Notes under the pieces: model-generated
Told to the model about the DNA's origin: nothing
The model's input: the letters and a program-made list of their open reading frames with translations, nothing else
Database searches by the model: none
Part shown: one piece after another, positions 33,811 through 42,581 of the stretch
How positions within the stretch are numbered: position 1 is the first letter of the stretch
Layout of the letters: each line of letters starts with the position of its first letter
Origin: an uncultured Clostridia bacterium
GTDB taxonomy: Bacteria; Bacillota; Clostridia; Christensenellales; Borkfalkiaceae
NCBI GenBank assembly: GCA_944367185.1
Contig: CALVWM010000001.1
Location: 3,189 to 67,188 of the forward strand
Direction: 5' to 3'
DNA: 64,000 bases
Position numbers and translations under genes: made by a program

Positions 33811-34391
33811 CATCGTAACACTTTCAGATCATATCATTTTCCCTTTCGCATTTTTTATTTGCCTTACTCTCCTTCAAAAAATCATACAGGGCAAGTTCCA
33901 ATGAGTACGCCAAGAGATCAACCGTTTCTTTGGGCATATTTTTCAAAGATGGGTTTTTCGGAACTTCCACTTTTAAGTTTTTTTCCTTTGCCTTTCTCAT
34001 GCAAATATTGTAATGTGTTTTTTGTAAAAAAGTAAGCGCATACTCCGCTCACTTTGCTCATACGCTCCGCACATTTACCATAGCCCTACCGTAACTCCTT
34101 GTCTTTCTCCTTTGGGGTTATCGGAAAAATCCGCTGCCGTCAAGGGGAAAAATTATCGCTGAAACCATTGAGACGACCATAAAGGTCGCCTCATTTTTAT
34201 TTTTTATGCAATAATTTTTCTGGCAAGGCCCCTGCGCCCTTGACTGCATCTTCTTTTTCCGATCTCTGTTCGGGTTGTCGAAAGACAAAGGAGAATTTTT
34301 TGTCCTTCGGCGGCATTGTCTGTCCTGCAATGCGAAAGTTTTCTTCGTATTGGGATTTTACAATGCGAAAAAACGCAAAGGGAGACTTACC

Positions 34392-35954
34392 ATGAAAAAA
34401 GCAGCTATTTATGCACGCTATTCAAGCGATGCACAGACGGAGCAGTCAATCGAAGGTCAGCTTCGGGTATGCCAGCAGTACGCCAAAAACAACGATATTC
34501 TTGTCGTGGATACCTACATCGAACGCGCCATGACGGGAACGAACGATATGCGCCCCGATTTCCAAAGAATGATCCGCGACAGCGCAAAGCGCCAATGGGA
34601 TTATGTTATCGTTTATAAGCTCGACCGTTTCTCAAGAGACAAATATGCAACAACCATTCATAAGCATACGCTGAAAGAAAATGGCGTAAAGCTCTTGTCC
34701 GCCATGGAAAATATTCCGGATACACCCGAGGGGATCATTCTCGAAAGCCTTCTTGAGGGCATGAATCAATACTATTCCGCCGAGCTCTCCCAGAAGGTGA
34801 AGCGAGGCTTAAAGGAGAGCTATCTCAAAGGGAACTTTACAGGCGGTTCCGTCCCCTACGGCTATGACGTCAAAGACAAGAAGGTCAGCATCAATCCGGA
34901 AGAGGGCGCCGTGATTAAGGAAATATTCGGTTTATATGCGCAAGGTTATACCGTAGAATATATCGCAAACGAGCTTAAAAGTCGTGGAGTCCGCGCAAAA
35001 AACGGCGGCTATCTGAAAGAAAAGACGATCTATAAAATGATGACAAATGCCCGTTATAACGGAAAAACCATTCACGGCGATACTGTCTATGAAAATATAT
35101 ATCCTAAAATCGTAGACGATGATACATGGCGCAAGGTACAGGAGCTGCATGAAGAAAACAAACATTCCCCGGGGCGCAAAAAAGAGATCTATGATTTTAT
35201 CCTTTCGGGAAAACTTGTTTGCGGCGAGTGCAAACATAACATGGTCGGCATCAGCGGCACCAGCCAATCAGGAGTCAAATATTATTACTATACCTGTGCG
35301 CACAAATTCAGGCGACACCCCTGCCCTTCCACTTCTGTCAGAAAAACAGAACTTGAAGATCTTGTCATTGAGACGACGGCAAAACTGCTTTCAGACGACG
35401 GCTCCCTTGAATTTCTCGCTGAAACAATATGCAAACGAATCAACGAAAATAACAAGACAAACACGACGATCAAATCGTTGGAAACCAGAAAAGCCACTGC
35501 CGTAAAATCGTCAAGAAACCTGATCAGCGCAATTGAACAAGGTATAATCACAGAGCAGACAAAGGAACGATTGAAAGAGCTTGAATCCGAAATCGCAAGG
35601 CTTGAGTTTGATATTGAACAGGAGCGACAGCGATCCTTCATTGAAATTACCACAGATAAAATCATCCGCTTCTTAAAAACAGCATTGCGCCCGGATTATC
35701 AGGACATCACCGCACGGAAAGTTCTTGTGAAATATCTGATACGCGACATTATCGTATACAACGACAGAATCATCATCAACTACTACTTTACAGAGCCCGT
35801 ACGCCCGCACAAGCGAACGGAGAGCTCCGCAAAGGAAACGGAACGGGCGGCTCTTGCAGCCGCTCCCCTTTCCGCCTCGTATTGTTCTAACAAATGCGAA
35901 ATCTCGCCACCAGAAAAGGCACCCTTTCGGGTGCTTTTTCGTTTGGGAAAATAG
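34392..35954 (+). CDS. large serine recombinase (resolvase domain + recombinase domain + zinc ribbon + coiled coil)
   Basis: The ATG at 34392 follows AAGGGAG. Motifs: AAIYARYSSDAQ catalytic-Ser motif, LDRFSRD, CGECKH...YYYYTC zinc ribbon, and the C-terminal IIVYNDRIIINYYF motif. The frame appears intact. Confidence 0.9.
   Translation: MKKAAIYARYSSDAQTEQSIEGQLRVCQQYAKNNDILVVDTYIERAMTGTNDMRPDFQRMIRDSAKRQWDYVIVYKLDRFSRDKYATTIHKHTLKENGVKLLSAMENIPDTPEGIILESLLEGMNQYYSAELSQKVKRGLKESYLKGNFTGGSVPYGYDVKDKKVSINPEEGAVIKEIFGLYAQGYTVEYIANELKSRGVRAKNGGYLKEKTIYKMMTNARYNGKTIHGDTVYENIYPKIVDDDTWRKVQELHEENKHSPGRKKEIYDFILSGKLVCGECKHNMVGISGTSQSGVKYYYYTCAHKFRRHPCPSTSVRKTELEDLVIETTAKLLSDDGSLEFLAETICKRINENNKTNTTIKSLETRKATAVKSSRNLISAIEQGIITEQTKERLKELESEIARLEFDIEQERQRSFIEITTDKIIRFLKTALRPDYQDITARKVLVKYLIRDIIVYNDRIIINYYFTEPVRPHKRTESSAKETERAALAAAPLSASYCSNKCEISPPEKAPFRVLFRLGK
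35915..35939 (+). terminator. Rho-independent terminator overlapping the last codons of the recombinase ORF
   Basis: Stem AAAGGCACCC-TTTC-GGGTGCTTT followed by TT. Confidence 0.6.
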
Positions 35955-36132
35955 CTCAAAGTCAAAAAAATACCGGTTCTTTTGGAACGAACGTTACGGT
36001 ACTTTCGATGAGAAAATTCTGACCGACAACCATGAGACCCCTGTTTTGATACGTTACTTCAAGAGGTCGAATATTTTTTTCAGTTGTATTAAAATTGATA
36101 AAGCAAATCCATAAATCACTATCGGGCACTCC

Positions 36133-36161
36133 TTGACTTTTTGCTTCACTTCCCTTATAAT
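36133..36161 (+). promoter_or_regulatory. sigma-A promoter of mini-unit 1
   Basis: TTGACT, 17-nt spacer, TATAAT. Confidence 0.6.
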
Positions 36162-36167
36162 GAAAGC

Positions 36168-36227
36168 ATAATCAGGTATGGGTTTAGCCCATGCGCCCCC
36201 GGACAGATGAGAGCCGGGGATTTTTTT
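36168..36227 (+). ncRNA. candidate small RNA 1 (~60 nt), unclassified
   Basis: A promoter is followed by the conserved module GAAAGCATAATCAGGTATGGGTTTAGCCCATGCGCCC (hairpin GTATGGG/CCCATGC). The unit ends with the terminator CCCCGG..CCGGGG plus T7. There is no SD-preceded ORF. Confidence 0.45.
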
Positions 36228-36255
36228 ACTCCAGCTTATCCCCGAGCTTGATTGC

Positions 36256-36284
36256 TTGACTTTTTATTTTATCTTCTGTATCAT
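36256..36284 (+). promoter_or_regulatory. sigma-A promoter of mini-unit 2
   Basis: TTGACT, 17-nt spacer, TATCAT. The sequence from the -35 box through +38 is nearly identical to unit 1. Confidence 0.55.
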
Positions 36285-36290
36285 GAAGGC

Positions 36291-36371
36291 ATAATCAGGT
36301 ATGGGTTCAGCCCATGCACCCGCCGACATCATTGCGGCATTGCCTCGGGTGGTTGAACCCCGAGGTTTTTT
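36291..36371 (+). ncRNA. candidate small RNA 2 (~80 nt), paralog of small RNA 1
   Basis: Same 5' module with 3 substitutions, then a different middle part (GCCG..CGGC hairpin), then the terminator CCTCGGG..CCCGAGG plus T6. Confidence 0.45.
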
Positions 36372-36386
36372 CATTTTCAAGAAGAA

Positions 36387-36419
36387 CGCGCCCCGAAGGA
36401 AAATTTCCTTCGGGGCGCG
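36387..36419. terminator. strong hairpin terminating the V-ATPase operon (convergent with the sRNA units)
   Basis: 14-bp stem CGCGCCCCGAAGGA / TCCTTCGGGGCGCG, 35 nt downstream of the ntpD stop. Confidence 0.65.
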
Positions 36420-36453
36420 ATCGAATTTACTTTTTTCTCGACTTTATTATTTC

Positions 36454-37089
36454 TCATGTGCCGCGTTCTTCGAGCATGCTCTTGACCTTCATCAGGCGCG
36501 TCAGGCTCGCGCGCTCGTTCTCCTCCAGCTTCTGGGAGATATAGCGGATGGTCTCCTCCAGATCGGGGATCATGACGTACTCCAGGGCGTTGACGCGGCG
36601 CTTGCTTCGTTCGATCTCCTCCGCAAGCATCGCCGTCGCCTTCTCTTTCTCTGCAAGAAGCAGCAGGCGCGAAACCAGCTTCCCCGCCGCCGCCACGGCA
36701 TAGTCCGCCTCGCTCGTGACCTCTGCAAAGGAGTAGGGATACAGTTCCTCGCTGCGCGTCTCCTCGAGGTGCAGCTTGGGAACTTCCAGATTGAGCACGT
36801 TCGCCGTCGTACACTCCAGCGTCAGAGAGACAGAGGGCATGGAAAAGACGAGCTCGATTTCCTTTTTAGACATGCTCCCGCGGGCGAGCGAAAACTGCCG
36901 CAGCACCTGCACGACTTCCGCCTCCACTTCGTCGTGCAGACGCATGGTCTCCCGCACCATCACGGAAAACCGCCGCACCATCTCGTCCGTCTTATCCTTG
37001 AGCAGCTTGTGTCCCCTCTGCGCCGTCTTGAGCCTTGCCTTCAGTCGCTTGAGCTCCATGCGCGTGGGATTTACGTTGATCCTCGCCAA
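36454..37089 (-). CDS. ntpD: V-type ATP synthase subunit D
   Basis: 211 aa, beginning MARINVNPTRMELKRLKARLKTAQRGHKLLKDK. Confidence 0.9.
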   Translation of the reverse strand: MARINVNPTRMELKRLKARLKTAQRGHKLLKDKTDEMVRRFSVMVRETMRLHDEVEAEVVQVLRQFSLARGSMSKKEIELVFSMPSVSLTLECTTANVLNLEVPKLHLEETRSEELYPYSFAEVTSEADYAVAAAGKLVSRLLLLAEKEKATAMLAEEIERSKRRVNALEYVMIPDLEETIRYISQKLEENERASLTRLMKVKSMLEERGT

Positions 37090-37100
37090 TGTCGTCCCTC

Positions 37101-38471
37101 TTACTTTTCGTAGTACTTGTCGAGATATTCTTCCTTGATGCGCTTGAGCTCCGCCCTGGGCAGGATATGCAGCAGTTCCCAGCCAAGATCGAGCGTCTCT
37201 TCAATGCTCCTGTTGACGGTAAATCCCTGCGAGACATACCGCTTTTCAAACTCTTCCGCAAATGCCGCGTACAGTTTGTCCGTCTCCGAGAGCGCCGCTT
37301 CGCCGAGGATAGCGGAGAGCTCCTTCGCCTCCTTGCCGCGCGCGTACGCCGAAAAGAGCTGGTTCATCGTGTCCGCATGATCTTCGCGCGTCTTGCCAGC
37401 GCCGATGCCCTTGTCCTTTAATCGGGAGAGCGAGGGCAGCACGTCGATGGGCGGCGTGACTCCCTTTTTGTACAGCTCGCGCGAAAGGATGATCTGCCCC
37501 TCGGTGATATAGCCCGTCAGGTCGGGAATGGGATGCGTCTTGTCGTCCTCGGGCATGGTGAGAATGGGGATCTGCGTGATCGAGCCCTTCTTGCCGCGGA
37601 TCCTGCCCGCGCGCTCGTACATGGCGGCGAGGTCGGTGTACAGATACCCGGGATAGCCGCGCCGACCGGGCACTTCCTTGCGCGCGGCGGAGACTTCGCG
37701 CAGCGCTTCGCAGTAATTTGTGATGTCCGTGATGATGACGAGCACGTGCATGCCCAGATCGTAGGCAAGATACTCTGCCGCCGTAAGCGCCATTTTTGGC
37801 GTTGCGATGCGCTCGATGGCGGGGTCGTTGGCGAGGTTTGTAAACAGCACGGTGCGCGTGATCGCGCCCGTCTCCTGGAAGTCGCGGATGAAGTAGTCCG
37901 CCTCCTCATAGGTGATGCCGACCGCCGCAAAGACGACGGCAAACTTCTCGTCGCTCCCCAGAACGCGCGCCTGTCGCGCGATCTGCGCTGCAAGTTCGGC
38001 GTGCGGAAGCCCGCTCATGCTGAATACGGGCAGTTTTTGCCCGCGCACGAGGGTATTCAGCCCGTCGATCGCGGAGATGCCCGTCTGGATGAACTCGTTG
38101 GGATAGTCGCGCGCGGCGGGATTGATCGGCTCGCCGTTGACGTCCATGCGCTTTTCGGCAAGAATGGGCGCGCCGCCGTCACGGGGGTTGCCCATGCCGT
38201 CGAATACTCTGCCGAGCATGTCCTCCGAGACGGCAAGCTCCATGCTGCGCCCCAGGAACCTTGCGCGGCTCGTGGCGATCTGCAGCCCGTGCGAGTTCTC
38301 AAACAACTGGACGAGCGCTCTGTCGCCGTCCACTTCCAGCACTCTGCCGCGCCGCGTTCCGCCGCCCGACTGCACGATCTCCACCAGTTCGTTGTATTTA
38401 ACACCCTCGACGCCCTCGACGAGCATCAGGGGACCGACGACCTCTTTTATAGTCTTATACTCTTTCAACAC
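37101..38471 (-). CDS. ntpB: V-type ATP synthase subunit B
   Basis: Homology begins at [16 protein letters not shown]. The GTG at 38471 follows GGGAGGGG. The ORF-track extension to 38555 overlaps ntpA. Confidence 0.9.
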   Translation of the reverse strand: MLKEYKTIKEVVGPLMLVEGVEGVKYNELVEIVQSGGGTRRGRVLEVDGDRALVQLFENSHGLQIATSRARFLGRSMELAVSEDMLGRVFDGMGNPRDGGAPILAEKRMDVNGEPINPAARDYPNEFIQTGISAIDGLNTLVRGQKLPVFSMSGLPHAELAAQIARQARVLGSDEKFAVVFAAVGITYEEADYFIRDFQETGAITRTVLFTNLANDPAIERIATPKMALTAAEYLAYDLGMHVLVIITDITNYCEALREVSAARKEVPGRRGYPGYLYTDLAAMYERAGRIRGKKGSITQIPILTMPEDDKTHPIPDLTGYITEGQIILSRELYKKGVTPPIDVLPSLSRLKDKGIGAGKTREDHADTMNQLFSAYARGKEAKELSAILGEAALSETDKLYAAFAEEFEKRYVSQGFTVNRSIEETLDLGWELLHILPRAELKRIKEEYLDKYYEK

Positions 38472-40227
38472 GCCCGTCCCCTCCCTCAAGCTCGCGGATC
38501 TCCCGCTTGAGCTGCTCCATGATGCCGTCGAAGGCGGCAAGATCGCTTTCTTCAATATATTTTACCCTGCCGATCTTCTCGCGCACGGGAAGATTGACGA
38601 GTTTTTCATATGCCGCGCCCGCCGCGAGCGCCTCTGCGCCGAGGCGATGATACTCGCGGATGAGACGGAGCATTCTGACCTGCTTGGCAATGGAAGTATA
38701 GGTGTCCGTCTCATGGAAGGCGTTCTGATGCAGGAAGTCCTCGCGGATGGACTTCGCCGTCTCCAGGATCAAACGATCCTGATAGGACAGGGAATCCGCT
38801 CCCACGAGGCGTACGATTTCATCCAGCTCCGCCTCCTCCTGCAGGATGCGGATGGCAAAAGCTCTAAGTTCGTTGAAATCGGGAGACGCGTTGCGCGTGT
38901 ACCACGCCGTGAGCCTGTCCGCGTACAGCGAATAGCTCACGAGCCAGTCGATCGCGGGGAAGTGGCGGCGGTAGGCGAGCGAGGAAGAGAGCCCCCAGAA
39001 CACCTTGACAATGCGCAGCGTCGCCTGTGCGACGGGCTCGGAGAGATCGCCGCCCGCGGGCGAGACCGCGCCGATCGCCGTGATCGAACCGACACGCTCG
39101 TCGCTGCCCAATGTTTTGACGATGCCCGCGCGCTCGTAGAACTCCGCGAGACGGCTGGACAGGTACGCGGGGTACCCTTCCTCACCCGGCATCTCCTCAA
39201 GGCGACCGCTCATCTCGCGCAGCGCCTCCGCCCAGCGGGAGGTGGAATCCGCCATGATGGCGACGTTCAGCCCCATGTCGCGGAAGTACTCCGCGATCGT
39301 GATGCCCGTATAGATGGACGCTTCGCGCGCCGCGACGGGCATATCCGACGTGTTTGCGATGAGCACCGTGCGCTTCATGAGCGCCTCGCCCGTCTTTGGA
39401 TCCTTGAGGGCGGGGAACTCGTTGAGCACGTCCGTCATCTCGTTGCCGCGCTCGCCGCAGCCGATATAGACGATGATGTCCGCGTCCGCCCACTTGGCAA
39501 GCTGGTGCTGGACGACCGTCTTGCCGCTGCCGAACGGGCCGGGGACAGCCGCCACGCCGCCGCGCGCAATGGGAAAGAGCGTATCGATGACGCGCTGCCC
39601 TGTGATCATGGGCATCGTGGGCGACATCTTCTCCCTGTACGGCCTGCCGCGCCGCACGGGCCAGCGGGTGAGCATGCTCACCTCCCTCTCGCCCGATTTG
39701 GTCGCGATTTTTGCAACCGTCTGCGTGATATTGAACATGCCGCGTTCAATGGAGGTGACGGTTCCGTCCGCGCCCTGCGGCACCATGATCTTATGCGAGA
39801 CGATGGGTGTCTCCTGTACGTACCCCAAAAAGTCGCCCGCGCACACCTTGTCGCCCACCTTGACGAGCGGGATAAACTCCCACTCCTTTTCATGATCGAG
39901 GTTGGTGACGGAAATGCCGCGCGTGATCCTGTCGCCGTACAGCTCTGCGATGCGCGTGAGCGGGCGCTGGATGCCGTCAAAAATGCCGCCGATCAGCCCC
40001 GGAGCAAGCTCGACAGAGAGCGGCATGCCCGTGCTTTCCACGACCTCGCCGGGACCTAAGCCGCTCGTCTCCTCGTAGACCTGGATGGACGCCCTGTCAC
40101 CGCGCAGCTCGATGACCTCGCCGATGAGCCCCTTGTCGCTGACGCGCACGACGTCGTACATTCTGCAATCCGCCATGTTCTCCGCCACGATGAGCGGTCC
40201 GGATACCTTTACGATTTTACCTTGCAT
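38455..40227 (-). CDS. ntpA: V-type ATP synthase catalytic subunit A
   Basis: The ATG at 40227 ([18 protein letters not shown]) follows GGAGAG. Walker A is GPFGSGKTV. Confidence 0.92.
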   Translation of the reverse strand: MQGKIVKVSGPLIVAENMADCRMYDVVRVSDKGLIGEVIELRGDRASIQVYEETSGLGPGEVVESTGMPLSVELAPGLIGGIFDGIQRPLTRIAELYGDRITRGISVTNLDHEKEWEFIPLVKVGDKVCAGDFLGYVQETPIVSHKIMVPQGADGTVTSIERGMFNITQTVAKIATKSGEREVSMLTRWPVRRGRPYREKMSPTMPMITGQRVIDTLFPIARGGVAAVPGPFGSGKTVVQHQLAKWADADIIVYIGCGERGNEMTDVLNEFPALKDPKTGEALMKRTVLIANTSDMPVAAREASIYTGITIAEYFRDMGLNVAIMADSTSRWAEALREMSGRLEEMPGEEGYPAYLSSRLAEFYERAGIVKTLGSDERVGSITAIGAVSPAGGDLSEPVAQATLRIVKVFWGLSSSLAYRRHFPAIDWLVSYSLYADRLTAWYTRNASPDFNELRAFAIRILQEEAELDEIVRLVGADSLSYQDRLILETAKSIREDFLHQNAFHETDTYTSIAKQVRMLRLIREYHRLGAEALAAGAAYEKLVNLPVREKIGRVKYIEESDLAAFDGIMEQLKREIRELEGGDGRVERV

Positions 40228-40564
40228 TGTTCTCTCCGTCCGAATTTCTCCCTCCGCGGGTGATGTCCATGCCGAGCGCGCGCTCGGAGTAACTGCGCAG
40301 AAGCTGCGCACCGTAGCCGTTCCCGCCCTGCACGGAAGGGATGGGCACGATGATCGGATACGCCCTCGCCGTATAGGCGGCGATGACCTCTTCCATTTGT
40401 GCCGCGAGGACGTCCGTCACAAAGATGACCTGATAGCGCTCCGCAAGCTCCCGAATAAGCCTCGCCGCTGCCGCCGCGTCCTCCGCCGCGTACGCATCCA
40501 TGCCGACGGAACGAAAGACGAGCGCGCCTTCCCCGTCGCCGATGATCGCCATTTTTCCCTTCAT
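40217..40564 (-). CDS. V-type ATP synthase subunit F
   Basis: 115 aa with the [19 protein letters not shown] pattern, positioned between C and A. Confidence 0.8.
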   Translation of the reverse strand: MKGKMAIIGDGEGALVFRSVGMDAYAAEDAAAAARLIRELAERYQVIFVTDVLAAQMEEVIAAYTARAYPIIVPIPSVQGGNGYGAQLLRSYSERALGMDITRGGRNSDGENNAR

Positions 40565-41520
40565 AGACTCACCCTCGCGCGAATGGCCGTCCTCTCCACG
40601 CCGCTTGCAAGGCAGGACATGATAATGCGCACATTGCCCAGTTCCGCCTGTTTTTCGCAGCAGTATCTGAGGAAGGGACGGTAACCTTCGTCGTTGTATT
40701 TTTCCCGGTACAGCACGCTGAGCGCGCAGCCCTGCGCCGCCTGCTCGAGCGCAAGCAGAGGCCGCCCCTGCTCGCTGTCCTCCAGCGCGCCGTAGATGAG
40801 GTCGCGCCGCACGGAGCGGGCAAACTTCGCGCGCGCCGTCTCCGCGCTCTCCTCCGCGAGGACGCGGACGTCCTCCTCCGAGAGCGTTCCGCCCGCGACG
40901 GTCATCTCCGACGCGAGACGGGCACTCTTTGAGCGCAAGGCAATTCCGATGTTGGCGGCGTCCGCCCGCAAAGAGACGATCTCGCGAAGGAGCGCGTCCC
41001 TGCGCGCAAGAGATGCAAGCTCTGCAAACTGCGCGCGGCTGAACAGCGTACTGATCTTCCTGCCCGTCGCCTCGCCGCCGACAAAGAGCGCGTCCGCCTC
41101 GGCAAGTGCCTCGCGAAGCGGCGCGGGAAAGGCGGCGTAGTCGTCCGCCATGATCTTCTCTTCGAGCATGGCAACGGAGTAGACGCCCTCCGCCCCGACC
41201 ATGGCGCGGAAGTCCGTTTTGAGGTGCTTTGCCCGCATGACAGCCTCGGCATTGTGATAGTCGCGGCGCGCAAGCAAAAAGCGCGTGAGTTTTTCCGCGG
41301 GGGAAGTCTCTCTGACAAACGCGGCGAACGCGCGCTCCTCCGCCTCGATGAGCGCATCTGCATCCGATGCAGGAGAGCCCTCACCGAAGCCCACTTCCTG
41401 CAAGATCTTAAGCGCGTCCTCTGCGGTCGGCGCGTCGATCATTCTGCCCAGCCGCTCCGCCCCCAAAAGGCCCTTGGAGAGCGCGGCGGCCCTGGCATTG
41501 GCAAAGATATTATTCGGCAT
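40561..41520 (-). CDS. ntpC: V-type ATP synthase subunit C (d-type)
   Basis: 319 aa, helical, in the position typical of the ntp operon, with a 4-nt overlap with F. Confidence 0.75.
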   Translation of the reverse strand: MPNNIFANARAAALSKGLLGAERLGRMIDAPTAEDALKILQEVGFGEGSPASDADALIEAEERAFAAFVRETSPAEKLTRFLLARRDYHNAEAVMRAKHLKTDFRAMVGAEGVYSVAMLEEKIMADDYAAFPAPLREALAEADALFVGGEATGRKISTLFSRAQFAELASLARRDALLREIVSLRADAANIGIALRSKSARLASEMTVAGGTLSEEDVRVLAEESAETARAKFARSVRRDLIYGALEDSEQGRPLLALEQAAQGCALSVLYREKYNDEGYRPFLRYCCEKQAELGNVRIIMSCLASGVERTAIRARVSL

Positions 41521-41521
41521 G

Positions 41522-42103
41522 TTATTTCTCTGCGGGCATCATTTGCGCGATGTCCCGCTCCAGTTCAAACCGCTGCGCCTGAATGAGCGCGCGGAAAGAA
41601 AGGTCGGTCTCATACGTTGCGCCGTACAGGCGCATCCCGCCCTCAAAGTCTCCGTCCTTTCCCAAAAAGCGCAGCTTGCGCGCGGAGAACACCTTGAGCG
41701 ATTGGAGCGATGCCTCCGTGACGGGCGCGGACGCGGACAGCCGCACGCCATCCCCCTCCTCCGCGTACTGCGTGAGCAGCCTCTCCAGCACGGCGAGATA
41801 GCGCGCTTCCGGAAAGGCGCACGCCGTCTCGAGCGCGCGGGAAAGCGCCGCATCGATCACGGCACGGCGGGCGGCAAGCAGCTGCTTCCTGCAATCGAGC
41901 GCGGCGAGCGTCTCGCGGCGAATAAGGCGCTCCTGCGCCTCCGTCTCCAGGGCGCGGCGCCCCTCCTCCAGCTTTGCCTGCGCGGCTTTTTCCGCCTCCG
42001 CTTTCATCGCGTCTGCGCGCGCCTGCGCATTTTGTGTGCACTGCGCAGTCCTCTCGTTTGCGTCAGCTATGATCTTTTGAACGATCGCCTCTTTCCCTTC
42101 CAT
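41522..42103 (-). CDS. ntpE: V-type ATP synthase subunit E
   Basis: 193 aa with an Ala/Glu-rich N-terminal helix IVQKIIADANERTAQ... Confidence 0.8.
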   Translation of the reverse strand: MEGKEAIVQKIIADANERTAQCTQNAQARADAMKAEAEKAAQAKLEEGRRALETEAQERLIRRETLAALDCRKQLLAARRAVIDAALSRALETACAFPEARYLAVLERLLTQYAEEGDGVRLSASAPVTEASLQSLKVFSARKLRFLGKDGDFEGGMRLYGATYETDLSFRALIQAQRFELERDIAQMMPAEK

Positions 42104-42112
42104 AGCGGCTCC

Positions 42113-42559
42113 TTAGATCGAGAGCGTGAACAGCAGGGAGATGACCAGCCCGAAGATGGCGTACGTTTCGACCATCGCGGGGAACATGATGAGCTTGCCC
42201 GAGAGCTTTTCATCCTTTGCGACGGCATAGATACAGCTCACCGAAGTCTTGCCCTGATAGATCGCGGAGATAAGGCCCGTGATCGCAAGCGGCATGACCG
42301 ATCCGAACACCGCCCAGCCCTGCGCGAGATCCATGTCCGGCGTAACGGCACCCTGTCCGACCAGCGCCATGACAAACCCGTAAATGCCCTGCGTTGCGGG
42401 CAAAAGCACGAGGATCATGACTTTGCTGAACTTCTTGGCGTCCTCCGTGAGTACGCCCGCCGCCGCGGAACCCGTCTTGAAGAGCCCGATCGCCGAGCCG
42501 ACGCCGCATGCCGCAGCGCAGATCGCGAGCCCGAGGATGGCGATTACCTGACCACTCAT
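42113..42559 (-). CDS. ntpK: V-type ATP synthase proteolipid subunit K (16-kDa, 4-TM type)
   Basis: Start trimmed to MSGQVIAILG (148 aa). The segments LLPATQGIYGFVMA, AIYQGK and FPAMVETYAIFGLVISLLF closely match Enterococcus hirae NtpK. Confidence 0.9.
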   Translation of the reverse strand: MSGQVIAILGLAICAAACGVGSAIGLFKTGSAAAGVLTEDAKKFSKVMILVLLPATQGIYGFVMALVGQGAVTPDMDLAQGWAVFGSVMPLAITGLISAIYQGKTSVSCIYAVAKDEKLSGKLIMFPAMVETYAIFGLVISLLFTLSI

Positions 42560-42581
42560 AAATGAAAAACCTCCGGTTGAT

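Noticed and set aside
33824-34000. 58-codon minus-strand ORF (MRKAKEKNLKVEVPKN...) divergent from the recombinase, considered as a possible excisionase or directionality factor
   Set aside because: No SD precedes the ATG and no motif is recognised. It is too short to judge and is left as an open possibility in the islet finding rather than called as a feature.
34088-36005. 9-nt inverted match TACCGTAAC / GTTACGGTA flanking the recombinase gene as candidate element ends
   Set aside because: A single 9-mer match between two intergenic regions of this size is expected by chance, and there is no extended similarity around it.
36301-37113. 270-aa plus-strand ORF starting in mini-unit 2, plus the 10-codon ORF MGLAHAPPDR in unit 1
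   Set aside because: The long ORF reads straight through two terminator hairpins and then antisense through ntpD. Both ATGs lie inside the conserved hairpin with only AGG two nt upstream, so there is no usable SD.
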